This document shows positions 39,325-48,367 of a stretch of 64,000 nt of DNA, one piece after another (the first letter of the stretch is position 1; every line of letters starts with the position of its first letter). Source of the DNA: Candidatus Niyogibacteria bacterium. GTDB taxonomy: Bacteria > Patescibacteriota > Minisyncoccia > HO2-45-28. The notes below the pieces were generated by a model that saw nothing but the letters and a program-made list of their open reading frames with translations, searched no databases and had not been told where the DNA came from. The position numbers and the translations under genes were made by a program. Where the stretch lies: NCBI GenBank assembly GCA_016181935.1, contig JACOYI010000005.1:595-64594 (forward strand). The letters are read 5' to 3'.

Positions 39325-39952
39325 TATGGATATTTTTTACGAAATAATGGCCGCCCAGTTTTGGGATGTTGAAAATCAATACCTCGCTATGAAAGAGGAT
39401 GTTTTCAAAAACATCTTTTGGAAGCGATACGATGCTCGTAATGGGCGGATATTCTTCGTTGATAAATTTCACCCAGCGTTTGCTGTTTTCCGTCTGATTG
39501 AGGCGGAAGCCGTAAGGCGTGAACATCACGATGGGGACTTCACTGCCAAACAATTTCACTGCCTTTGCGAACCACACTTCGGGGAGCAAAGGACGACCGC
39601 CATAATGCTCTTTGATATACTGCTTTGTTTTCGAGTCAATGTTAAAAGGCGGATTCATAATGACGAGCGATATTTTTTCTTTTATCTCGTCCTTTTGAAT
39701 TTCCAAATAATTTTTAACTTTCGTGTTTGGAAAACCCTGATGTTCAATATCAATGCCCATTACTGCATAGCCGTCTTTTTTCCACGGCTTCAAAAGAGAA
39801 CCTTCTCCCACGCACGGATCAATGACGATTCCATCCGATTTTTTGATGTGCGGATGAATCAGATCGTAAAGAAATTCGCTTACATAATCGGGAGTGAAAA
39901 TCGTTGCTTTTTTCTCGTTTTTATAGAAATTGTTCCGATCTACCCGATACAT
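39275..39952 (-). CDS. Amino (N6-adenine-type) DNA methyltransferase
   Basis: FTP, DPCVGEGSL (motif I) and NPPF (motif IV). Confidence 0.85.
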   Translation of the reverse strand: MYRVDRNNFYKNEKKATIFTPDYVSEFLYDLIHPHIKKSDGIVIDPCVGEGSLLKPWKKDGYAVMGIDIEHQGFPNTKVKNYLEIQKDEIKEKISLVIMNPPFNIDSKTKQYIKEHYGGRPLLPEVWFAKAVKLFGSEVPIVMFTPYGFRLNQTENSKRWVKFINEEYPPITSIVSLPKDVFENILFHSEVLIFNIPKLGGHYFVKNIHNEQQRLLAPKQKPAFA

Positions 39953-40068
39953 AACTAAATAATGACATAGAAAGGGCAACCTGAATACTCGCCCTCAAAG
40001 GAGATGGGGATAAGTCAAAAAAGATGCTATTGTTGAGATAATGCAACGCAAGGACTTCCAATCCATCA

Positions 40069-40929
40069 TCAAACGGGCATCACAGCCCGTCCGAGAATGG
40101 AAGAAAACATCGGGCGCGAAACCAGACGCTGATTCCAGCGATACACGAATTCGTCCACATAACGCTGGAGATACTTCGGGGATACGGCATGGTGCGTCCC
40201 GTCCAGCGACCGCTTGAGTTGCGACCAAAAGCCCTCGATGGTGTTTGTATGTATTTTGCCACGCACATACTCCTTGATGCCGTGTTGGATGGTCTCGTGG
40301 CTGTATCCGTTTGAGCCGACCCGATTGTAGGATTTGAACTCGTCTGTAAAGATTATGCTTTGTTTGCGGACGGATTGCTGGATGATGGGCATGATGGTTT
40401 TACTTTTTACATTCTCAACAACTCGCGCTTTCACATTTCCTTTGCGGGATGCGATACCGAATACGGGCGTTTTGTGTTCTGCCCCGCGTCCGCGCTTGTT
40501 GTGCTTGCCCTTACCGCCGACATAGGTTTCATCCGCTTCCACCTCGCCGTAAAATTTGATGTTATTCTGCTCAAAGAGAAGCCGGATTTGCTGACCCATC
40601 CGCCACGCGCATTTATAGGTCATGCCGAGTTGCCGTTCCAATTCTTTCGCCGCGACACCATTCCGGCTTGAAGCGAACAAGAAGATAGCCCAGAACCAAT
40701 CTTTTAAGGATGTGTCCGATTTGTGGAAGATTGTGCCCGCGAGCGGATGGACGCTAAATCCGCATTGGCAATCGTATCGCTTGCGTCCGGCAATCCGGTG
40801 GAACTTTCCGCGCTTCTTGCACGATGGACAGGCATACCGCTTGCCATAGCGATTCAAAAAGATAGAATGAAGGCAGGCCTCATTGGTCGGGTAATCCCTT
40901 TCGAAATCCTTGCGCGTGTATTTTTTCAT
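40069..40929 (-). CDS. IS1595-family transposase
   Basis: Zn ribbon (CPSC..CQC), EADETYVGG, IFTD, HTNTIEGFWSQLKR and YVDEF motifs. Confidence 0.93.
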   Translation of the reverse strand: MKKYTRKDFERDYPTNEACLHSIFLNRYGKRYACPSCKKRGKFHRIAGRKRYDCQCGFSVHPLAGTIFHKSDTSLKDWFWAIFLFASSRNGVAAKELERQLGMTYKCAWRMGQQIRLLFEQNNIKFYGEVEADETYVGGKGKHNKRGRGAEHKTPVFGIASRKGNVKARVVENVKSKTIMPIIQQSVRKQSIIFTDEFKSYNRVGSNGYSHETIQHGIKEYVRGKIHTNTIEGFWSQLKRSLDGTHHAVSPKYLQRYVDEFVYRWNQRLVSRPMFSSILGRAVMPV

Positions 40930-41007
40930 ACCCCATCCTATCAAAAGGAATACCTGCTGTCAAGGGATAAAATTATCAAGCAATAGATAGTAGTTTCTGT
41001 CAAAAGT

Positions 41008-41241
41008 ATGGTAGACGAGACAAATCCACAAGAAGATCAATTCGAACTAATTTTCAAAAATGGTGCTCTTGCTAACCTAAAAAAATTGGCGGGGAAATTA
41101 AACATTTCTGAAGAAAATTTAGGAGAAGCAGTAAATAAGAGTATTAAGATACTCTCGATCATAAAAAATGTTCGCACAAAAACCATTACTTTAGAAACCG
41201 AAGACAAGCAACGCTTTGTGCTGGATGCCGATGAGATATGA
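41008..41241 (+). CDS. Small AT-rich passenger protein
   Basis: ORF inside the TIRs, coupled to the next ORF. Confidence 0.6.
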   Translation: MVDETNPQEDQFELIFKNGALANLKKLAGKLNISEENLGEAVNKSIKILSIIKNVRTKTITLETEDKQRFVLDADEI

Positions 41242-41519
41242 ACAAGAAATCTACGCAGACGCTCGAACTCGCTCCGGATACAAATTTACCGCCAGCAGAG
41301 GGCAGAGCAAATAAAAGAGAGGGAACGAGAAGTCAAATTGCGCTGTATTATGTTTTAGGATTTTTGATTCTTATATTACTCGCCCTAATCCTTTCTTTCG
41401 CATATAGATTAACGATCAATGATTTAAGAGATACGCTTCTCGCATTATCTGGTATCCTTTCCGGTCCGCTCGGTTTTATCATCGGTTATTATTTCAAATC
41501 ATATTCCGATCGAGAGTAA
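41238..41519 (+). CDS. Small two-TM passenger protein
   Basis: Two hydrophobic helices ending GFIIGYYF; ends at the right TIR. Confidence 0.65.
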   Translation: MNKKSTQTLELAPDTNLPPAEGRANKREGTRSQIALYYVLGFLILILLALILSFAYRLTINDLRDTLLALSGILSGPLGFIIGYYFKSYSDRE

Positions 41520-41551
41520 TTCTGCCTTCAAGGTATAGTCGCCCTAGTTAT

Positions 41552-41737
41552 TTCACAATCAATGCCGCGGGCGATGAATACTCGTCTAACGCCGATGGCG
41601 ACTTCTCGCACGCGCCGCTCTTCCGCTTCGTCGACGGCAAGGTCGAGTTCAACGCCCACTGGTACGACATTGCCAACGGGCACTATGGCTCCGCGTCCGC
41701 CTTCTTCCCCGAACTTCACGGTTTTTCGAATCCCTGA
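41552..41737 (+). pseudogene. 3' part of the IS-interrupted gene (VR-like C-terminus)
   Basis: In frame after removing IS and one TSD: FTINAAGDEYSSNADGDFSHAPLFRFVDGKVEFNAHWYDIANGHYGSASAFFPELHGFSNP*. Confidence 0.8.
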
Positions 41738-41948
41738 TTTCTGAGTCCGTTTTTCCGCCAATTTCTATTGGCGGATTCTTTCTTTTCGCCATTCTCACGC
41801 ATACGTTAAACTTATGCTATAGCAGATGTTTAACGTATGGTGTGATTCTAAACGATAAAGAGCATTGTTCCGCTATTTTCAAATATTTTTCAAACAGAGA
41901 AAGGAATGAATGATAAGATAGGAAGCCCCACCAACAAAAGTGGTGGGG

Positions 41949-42572
41949 CTAGAAGATACCGCGTATAAGCCGGTAGGGCGTTTTTTCGCAATAGCAGTGC
42001 CAGCGTTCGGAAAATGCTTGGGCAAGAAGTTTTTCTTCCCGCCGGATTTGAATCAGAGCAAGAATAATGCCCGCGAGAAGAAAAACGAGCAAAGGGCTCC
42101 ACAGCGCGAGTTCAAATCCGGCGGCCGCGAACAGCATGCCGCTGTAAATAGGATGCCGGAGCGTCCGGTAAGGGCCGCTTGTGACGAGATGCGCCGGGGA
42201 TTCTGTTCCCAGAAGCGGGCGGTAATTCTTTCCGAGTTCCAAGCGCGCCCGAAAAGAGAGCAGGATGCCGCATCCGAAAAAAAGCAGTCCGACGGCTTGG
42301 GCGCCGATCGGCGGATCCGGAAATCGGGCGAATCCGTGTTCGAGCTGAAGATAGGCGATGGAAAAAATCAGCGCGAATTCCACAACAAGCTGGAACGCCA
42401 TGAGCCCCGCATTTTTGCGGCTTGCGCATCGTATGATGTTCGAGACAAGAAGACCTTTGGCGTACAGGTAAATGACGAGGCCGCCGACGAGGATCACCGG
42501 AATCGTGTCCACGGGTTTCCTCCGATGAGAAGAGCGCTGTCCGCATTTTAGGAAGTTTTTCGCATAAGTCAA
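41949..42572 (-). CDS. ICMT/PEMT-like membrane methyltransferase family (true start probably GTG near 42512)
   Basis: LVTSGPYRTLRHPIYSG and REE..L motifs. Confidence 0.85.
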   Translation of the reverse strand: MTYAKNFLKCGQRSSHRRKPVDTIPVILVGGLVIYLYAKGLLVSNIIRCASRKNAGLMAFQLVVEFALIFSIAYLQLEHGFARFPDPPIGAQAVGLLFFGCGILLSFRARLELGKNYRPLLGTESPAHLVTSGPYRTLRHPIYSGMLFAAAGFELALWSPLLVFLLAGIILALIQIRREEKLLAQAFSERWHCYCEKTPYRLIRGIF

Positions 42573-42672
42573 GAGTCGCCCTTATCAAGGCGCCCGTTTT
42601 TGATTACGATGGAAACATGACATCGGATTTATCTCGCTCGCCTCGATTCGGCGAAGCGGGCCGTAATAGAAC

Positions 42673-44436
42673 ATGAAGGCGGACGAGCTTCGGCTGAAAT
42701 TTCTCGAATTTTTCAAGAATCGGGGGCACGCCGTCGTGCCGTCGAGTCCGCTCGTACCCGATGATCCGTCGGTGCTTCTGACCACGGCGGGGATGCAGCA
42801 ATTCAAGCCGTACTACACGGGCGATGCCGACCCGATGAAGGACTTCGGTGCGAAAAACACAGCATCGGTCCAGAAGTGTTTCCGCGCCTCGGATATCGAT
42901 GAAGTGGGCGATGCAAGCCATCTGACATTTTTTGAAATGCTCGGCAATTTCAGTTTTGGCGGGTATTTCAAGGAAGACGCCATCCGCTGGGCGCACCAGT
43001 TCGTGACCAAGGAACTCGGCCTGAAGATCGACTATGTGACGGTTTTTGGCGGCACCGACACCGCGGGGCAGGCGATTCCGTCTGACACCGAGTCCGAACG
43101 GCTTTGGAAAGAAATGGACCCGGCGCTCGACGTGCATGTGCGGGGAATGGATGAGAATTTCTGGGGACCGACGGGCAAAGAAGGTCCCTGCGGGCCAACC
43201 ACGGAAATTTACGTGGGCGGTGTCGAGATTTGGAATATCGTATTCAACGAGTTTTTTTATCACGGGACGCGCGAGGAATTGCTCGCAGGCGCCGCAGGGA
43301 AGACATTGAAGCCGCTTAAAACCCCCGGGGTGGATACAGGCGCGGGGTTCGAGCGCATTGCGGTTGCGGTCCAAAAAAAAGAGCATGTTTTCCAAACGGA
43401 CCTGTTCGCGTCCGTAACGGCGCTTTTACCGCGCGATTTAGAAGAGCGCGCGCGCCGCATTATCGCGGACCATTTGCGCGCGAGCGCGTTTTTACTGGCC
43501 GACGGGGTACGGCCGTCCAACAAAGAAGCAGGATACGTCTTGCGGCGCATTCTTCGCCGCGCGCTGGCGTTCGAGCATATGCACGAAATGCCGGCCGGTA
43601 TTTTTGAAGATATTTTGACGGCCGTCATCCGGCAGTACGGCGGCTTTTATCCGGAACTGGAGCGCGAACGCGACGCGATGCTCGACGCGTATCGGGTGGA
43701 ACGCGAACGATTCGCGCATACGCTTTCCGCGGGTATCAAGGAATTGAATCGGCAGGGCGGCACGATCGACGCGAAAGGAGGTTTTCATTTGTATGAAAGT
43801 TACGGACTCCCGTACGAGGTCATCCGCGAGGTCGGCGGCGAGCGGGCGCGCGGTCTCACGCGCGACGCGTTCGATGCCGAATTCAAAAAACATCAAGACA
43901 AGTCGCGCGAGGGCGCCGAAAAAAAATTCGGCGGGCACGGATTGATCCTCGATACGGGCGAGCTGAAAGCCGCGACCGAGGAAGAGGTCAAAAAAGTGAC
44001 CCGTCTTCATACGGCAACGCATTTATTGCAATCGGCGCTCCGGAAGATCTTGGATCCGGATGTCCGGCAAATGGGTTCGGATATCACGTACATGCGAACA
44101 CGATTTGATTTTTCGTTTGCACGAAAACTCACGCCGGAGGAATTGAAGCGCGTCGAGGATGAGGTCAACGATATTATCCGCGCGGACCACCCTGTTACAA
44201 TGAAAGAAATGGACTATGAAGATGCCGTCGCATCGGGTGCGCTTTATTTTTTCCGCGAAAAATATCCCAAGCGCGTGAAAGTGTATACGGTGGGAACGGA
44301 CGACGTATTCTTCTCGCGCGAATTTTGCGGAGGGCCGCATGTGTCGCGCACGGGGGAGATCGGCGAGTTCCGGATTAAAAAAGAGGAGGCGGTCGCGTCG
44401 GGGGTCCGGCGGATTCGCGCCGTTGTCGAGCCCTAA
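42673..44436 (+). CDS. alaS: Alanine--tRNA ligase (short form without C-Ala domain)
   Basis: TTAGMQQFK, HLTFFEMLGN, HTATHLL, EFCGGPHV and SGVRRI motifs. Confidence 0.93.
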   Translation: MKADELRLKFLEFFKNRGHAVVPSSPLVPDDPSVLLTTAGMQQFKPYYTGDADPMKDFGAKNTASVQKCFRASDIDEVGDASHLTFFEMLGNFSFGGYFKEDAIRWAHQFVTKELGLKIDYVTVFGGTDTAGQAIPSDTESERLWKEMDPALDVHVRGMDENFWGPTGKEGPCGPTTEIYVGGVEIWNIVFNEFFYHGTREELLAGAAGKTLKPLKTPGVDTGAGFERIAVAVQKKEHVFQTDLFASVTALLPRDLEERARRIIADHLRASAFLLADGVRPSNKEAGYVLRRILRRALAFEHMHEMPAGIFEDILTAVIRQYGGFYPELERERDAMLDAYRVERERFAHTLSAGIKELNRQGGTIDAKGGFHLYESYGLPYEVIREVGGERARGLTRDAFDAEFKKHQDKSREGAEKKFGGHGLILDTGELKAATEEEVKKVTRLHTATHLLQSALRKILDPDVRQMGSDITYMRTRFDFSFARKLTPEELKRVEDEVNDIIRADHPVTMKEMDYEDAVASGALYFFREKYPKRVKVYTVGTDDVFFSREFCGGPHVSRTGEIGEFRIKKEEAVASGVRRIRAVVEP

Positions 44437-45602
44437 TGGCGAAATTTTCGTCATCGCGGCCGCTTTTGGTTCTGGATGTCGGGAGTTCGGGCGTACACGC
44501 GGCCGTTGCCACACGAAACGCAAAGGGAGTTATTGATATCGAGCGGGTCGCACGCTCTCATCCGTTGGTTTTGCCGGAGGTGAATCTTAAAAAATTGTGG
44601 AAGAAGCTCCATGCGATGGCGGCGGACGTCGTCGGCGACCTGCGCAAAAGCGGGTCCCGGCCGCATTCGGCGGTCGTGATCTTCTCATCGCCGTGGTATT
44701 TTTCCGAAGTGCGGAGATTTACGCATGTGTCGGAAACGGCCGTGGAGATCACCGGAAAACTTCTGGATACGTTCATGGCGGAGGAGGAGGAGCGGTTTCG
44801 CGTCGGCGCGCTTGAACGGTTCCATGTGGCGGCGGACGAAGTGCTGATTTTGGAGCCCGTGCGCATGCGCGCGCTTTTGAACGGCTATCCGGCGGACTCT
44901 ATTGTCGGAAAGCGCGCCCAAGCGATCGAGGCCTTTATCTATTTATCCGCCGTATTCGGCCGTGCAAAGAGCGATATAAAAACCCTCCTGGCCGATAACG
45001 GCATCCGGCTCGCCGGCGTCCAGACGTCGCCGATGGCGCTGTATCGGACCGCCCAAGCGCTTGGCATTGCGGACGAAGGCAGGGTCGTTATCGATATCGG
45101 CGGGGAGATCACCGAGGTTTCTCTCATTAAAAACGGGATTCTTCATGACAGCGTTTCCTATGCCCGAGGCCTGAATTTTGCGGCGCGGCGCGTGGCTGAA
45201 GCGTTATCATTCGACGCAGAGGCGGCGATCGTGTATTTGCAGAATTATGGCGCGAGGGCGCTCGAAAACGGCAAAGCGGCCCGCGCAAAAAAAATCGTGC
45301 GCGATGCGGTTGACGAATGGAAGGCGCTTCTGGAAGATGCGTTCGAGCATCTGTCAGGGAAGGGGTTGTTGCCGGAAATAGCGCTTCTTGCGGGACCGGG
45401 CGGAATCCTTGCGGAATTCGCGACGGCGCTCGGTGTCGATGAATTCCGGCGTTTTACGATCTTCGGACGCCCGTTCACCGTTGAACAACTGACGCTCGAT
45501 CGCTTTGCGGATCGGTTCACGCATATCCCGTCCGTTTTTTCGAATGCGGAGCTCACGAATCTTTTGGTCGATATTTTGTACAGCTTTACGCGGAATCCAT
45601 GA
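44436..45602 (+). CDS. FtsA-like actin-fold protein
   Basis: LDVGSS and IDIGGEITEV phosphate motifs. Confidence 0.7.
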   Translation: MAKFSSSRPLLVLDVGSSGVHAAVATRNAKGVIDIERVARSHPLVLPEVNLKKLWKKLHAMAADVVGDLRKSGSRPHSAVVIFSSPWYFSEVRRFTHVSETAVEITGKLLDTFMAEEEERFRVGALERFHVAADEVLILEPVRMRALLNGYPADSIVGKRAQAIEAFIYLSAVFGRAKSDIKTLLADNGIRLAGVQTSPMALYRTAQALGIADEGRVVIDIGGEITEVSLIKNGILHDSVSYARGLNFAARRVAEALSFDAEAAIVYLQNYGARALENGKAARAKKIVRDAVDEWKALLEDAFEHLSGKGLLPEIALLAGPGGILAEFATALGVDEFRRFTIFGRPFTVEQLTLDRFADRFTHIPSVFSNAELTNLLVDILYSFTRNP

Positions 45603-45670
45603 CCCCGTTAGAAATTGTACTCAATGCGTAAACGGTTGATTGTATGGACTTCATCGAATTTCTAACGGGG
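45603..45670. mobile_element. 68-bp MITE-like element, copy 2
   Basis: CCCCGTTAGAAATT...AATTTCTAACGGGG. Confidence 0.75.
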
Positions 45671-45698
45671 CGTGGTAGAATAAAAAGAACATAACGCC

Positions 45699-47045
45699 AT
45701 GGAATCGCCGAATGAAAAAAAAGTTCCGGTCCGCGATATCATGCCCAATGTCTCCGCAAATGTGCGGAGCGATCACTCTGTGGAATCTTCCGGATCCGCC
45801 TCTGAATTGCCTCGGCGGGCGCGTGCGTCAAGGGCGGAGTTTTTCGCGCGAAAACCCGAACGTCTGCCTGCTTCAGATATGCTAGAAACCCCTCGCCGAT
45901 GGGGCTGGATGGGGGGATTCCGCTTTCCGTGGAAGATCACGGCCGCAAGCATCGGATTTCTTGCGGCGGCGGGGCTTGCGGTCAGCGCTTTTTCAAAGAC
46001 CGTGGTCATCATTACGCCGCGTGCCGAACAGGTCGCTGTCGTCATGACAGTATCGGTCGGCGGATCCGCGGGCCTTGCCGCTCAAGTAGCGAGCGCGGAG
46101 GAAACTCTCAGCATGCGCGCCAAATCGAGCGGAATGGAGGATATTTCGGAACGCGCCACCGGCCGCATTCTTATCTATAACGCGTATAGCGCCCTACCTC
46201 AGGCGCTTGTCCGCCGGACGCGGTTTGAAACTGCGGATGGCAAGGTGTATCGCCTCACCGAGGCCGTTACCGTTCCGGGCGCAACGGTCCTCGATGGGAA
46301 GATCGAACCGAGTTTTGTGGAAGCCGCCGTCGCCGCCGATCTGGCGGGCGAGGCCTCGAACATCGGGATCACGGATTTTACGATCCCCGGATTCAAAGGG
46401 GGCGCAAAATACGAAAAATTTTATGCGCATTCCAAAACGCCGATGACCGGCGGTTTTGCGGGAAGAACCGCCGTTATTCGGGAAGAAGATGTCCAGAACG
46501 CAAAACAATCGCTTGAGCGCGATCTGAAAAATACACTGACAACGCGTTTGAATGAGCGTTTGGGGCAGGGGTTGATCATTCCGGCGGATGCGGCCACCTA
46601 TACGATCGCCGTTTCTTCCGTGGAACCTGCGATCGGAGAACGCGGCGATGCCTTTGATATCCGCGTCACCGGCCAGGCGGCGGCGCTGGCGGTCCGGCGG
46701 CAAGATTTGGAAAAACAATTGCTGGAGCGGTACGGAAAAACCGCACTCCTGTCTCATCCGGAGATCCGCAACTTCGGCGACCTTGCGGTCCGCGCAACAG
46801 CGTCCGACCCCGTAAAAAAGGCGATGACGCTTTCCGTGACGGGCGATATGCAGTTGGTGTGGGGCGTGTCCATGGATGAATTAAAGAAAGGACTCCTGTC
46901 TGCGGCGGGCGTTGCGGGGCGCAACGCGGTTTTCGCTTCCTATCCCCAGATCGAGCGGGTCCGCGTTTCCTACCGGCCGAGCTGGTGGCGGATTTTTCCC
47001 CGATCCGAAGATAAGATCGTCGTGGAGGAGGATCTGGAACTCTAG
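45699..47045 (+). CDS. Membrane-anchored protein with baseplate-J-like domain
   Basis: TM; ATGRILIYN...TRF...VTVPG...G..SNI...FTIPG...GG pattern. Confidence 0.7.
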   Translation: MESPNEKKVPVRDIMPNVSANVRSDHSVESSGSASELPRRARASRAEFFARKPERLPASDMLETPRRWGWMGGFRFPWKITAASIGFLAAAGLAVSAFSKTVVIITPRAEQVAVVMTVSVGGSAGLAAQVASAEETLSMRAKSSGMEDISERATGRILIYNAYSALPQALVRRTRFETADGKVYRLTEAVTVPGATVLDGKIEPSFVEAAVAADLAGEASNIGITDFTIPGFKGGAKYEKFYAHSKTPMTGGFAGRTAVIREEDVQNAKQSLERDLKNTLTTRLNERLGQGLIIPADAATYTIAVSSVEPAIGERGDAFDIRVTGQAAALAVRRQDLEKQLLERYGKTALLSHPEIRNFGDLAVRATASDPVKKAMTLSVTGDMQLVWGVSMDELKKGLLSAAGVAGRNAVFASYPQIERVRVSYRPSWWRIFPRSEDKIVVEEDLEL

Positions 47046-47128
47046 AAGCTGGGAAACTAGAAAGCTAGAACCTGGAAAATCCAGTCCCCAATATCCAGAA
47101 ATCTAGTTTCCAGAGTTCCAGATTCCAG
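47032..47128. repeat. CTGGA/TCCAG short-period repeat hairpin
   Basis: CTGGAA CTCTAGAA GCTGGGAA...TCCAGAA ATCTAG TTTCCAG AGTTCCAG ATTCCAG. Confidence 0.65.
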
Positions 47129-47176
47129 GGGGTTGACGTTCGAACCCGTTTGGGATAAGATTGATTTTGTTATTTA

Positions 47177-47398
47177 ATGGCTGCGAAGCACGATGCGAAG
47201 GAAACGAAAGTCGGAACGGTGATCGAAGCATTGCCGGATACGATGTTTCGCGTACAGCTTGACGAAGGTCAAGCCATTTTAACGTATCTTGGCGGCAAGA
47301 TGCGCCACTTCCGGATCACGGTTTTGGTGGGGGATCGGGTCAAAGTCGAAATGAACCCGTATGACCCCGCGCGAGGGCGGATCATTCAGCGTTTATAA
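47177..47398 (+). CDS. infA: Translation initiation factor IF-1
   Basis: GTVIEALP...GKMR...GDRV...PYD...RGRI. Confidence 0.93.
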   Translation: MAAKHDAKETKVGTVIEALPDTMFRVQLDEGQAILTYLGGKMRHFRITVLVGDRVKVEMNPYDPARGRIIQRL

Positions 47399-47402
47399 AC
47401 CA

Positions 47403-47516
47403 ATGAAAGTCCGAGCATCCGTCAAAAAAATCTGCCAAAAGTGCAAGATCATCCGTCGGCGAGGCCGCGTATGCGTTATTTGCGCAAATCCGAAGCATAA
47501 ACAGCGTCAAGGGTAA
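47403..47516 (+). CDS. rpmJ: 50S ribosomal protein L36 (not in ORF track)
   Basis: [37 protein letters not shown]. Confidence 0.96.
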   Translation: MKVRASVKKICQKCKIIRRRGRVCVICANPKHKQRQG

Positions 47517-47528
47517 CAATTTTGATTT

Positions 47529-47915
47529 ATGGCCCGTATTGCCGGCATCGTTATTCCGGATAAAAAGCGCATCGAGTTTGCGCTTCCTTATATTTACGGG
47601 ATCGGACACCGGGCGGCTCAGAGGATCTTGGGAGAAGCGAAGATCGATTTTGGAAAACGCGCAAGTGAGCTCACAGCGGATGAAGTGAATCGCATCCGCG
47701 CCGTTATCGAGTCGCGCTACGCGATCGAGGGCGAATTGCGCAGGCGCGTGGCCGCAAATATCAAGCGGTTGCGCGAGATCAAATCCTATCGCGGCCTGCG
47801 GCATATGAAGGGATTGCCGGCGCGGGGACAACGGACAAAATCCAATTCAAGAACGCGGAGAGGTAATGTGCGCCGGACGATGATGTCGGGTAAACGTAAG
47901 CTGGAAAAGACATAA
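47529..47915 (+). CDS. rpsM: 30S ribosomal protein S13
   Basis: MARIAG, YIYGIG and GLPARGQRTK motifs. Confidence 0.96.
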   Translation: MARIAGIVIPDKKRIEFALPYIYGIGHRAAQRILGEAKIDFGKRASELTADEVNRIRAVIESRYAIEGELRRRVAANIKRLREIKSYRGLRHMKGLPARGQRTKSNSRTRRGNVRRTMMSGKRKLEKT

Positions 47916-47919
47916 CCCT

Positions 47920-48354
47920 ATGGGTAAAAAACGCATCATCAAAAAAGCACCGTCCGGCGTCAACCAAGATATGCGCGCGCGTACATTGGCGCGCCTTCCC
48001 AAGATCAAATTGGAGAAAGGCATTTTGCATATTCAGTCGACCTACAATAATACGATCCTGACGCTTTGCGATCCGAAAGGAAACGCCGTGATATCGGCAT
48101 CCGCCGGCGCTTTGGGTTTTAAGGGCGCGCGCAAAGGCACGCCATACGCCGCGTCCAAAGTCGCGGAGGTTTTGGCGGAGAAGGCGAAACTCGTCGGCCT
48201 TAAGAGCGTGGATATCCATGTGAAAGGCGTAGGGGCGGGCCGGGAGTCGGCGGTCCGTTCTTTTTTGGCGAGTGACTTGATATTGGATACGATCCGCGAT
48301 GTGACGCCGATCCCGCATAACGGTCCGAAAGCGCGTAAACCGCGCCGCGTGTAA
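47920..48354 (+). CDS. rpsK: 30S ribosomal protein S11
   Basis: STYNNT, TPYAA and DVTPIPHNG motifs. Confidence 0.96.
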   Translation: MGKKRIIKKAPSGVNQDMRARTLARLPKIKLEKGILHIQSTYNNTILTLCDPKGNAVISASAGALGFKGARKGTPYAASKVAEVLAEKAKLVGLKSVDIHVKGVGAGRESAVRSFLASDLILDTIRDVTPIPHNGPKARKPRRV

Positions 48355-48367
48355 TCAAAAAATTTTT

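Larger units (their letters stand above)
38607..41543. mobile_element. IS1595-family element with passenger genes (2937 bp)
   Basis: TIR GGCGACTATACCTTGA (16/16; 23/25 extended); 8-bp TSD CTAGTTAT at 38599-38606 and 41544-41551. Confidence 0.92.

Noticed and set aside
38005-41775. Complete DGR cassette
   Set aside because: No reverse transcriptase, avd or template repeat in the window; only a candidate target gene.
45699-47045. Prophage or contractile tail locus
   Set aside because: A single baseplate-J-like domain with a TM anchor among housekeeping genes; no other phage genes.
25865-47128. CRISPR array suggested by short repeats
   Set aside because: The units are degenerate 7-8-mers with no unique spacers, and no cas genes are present.
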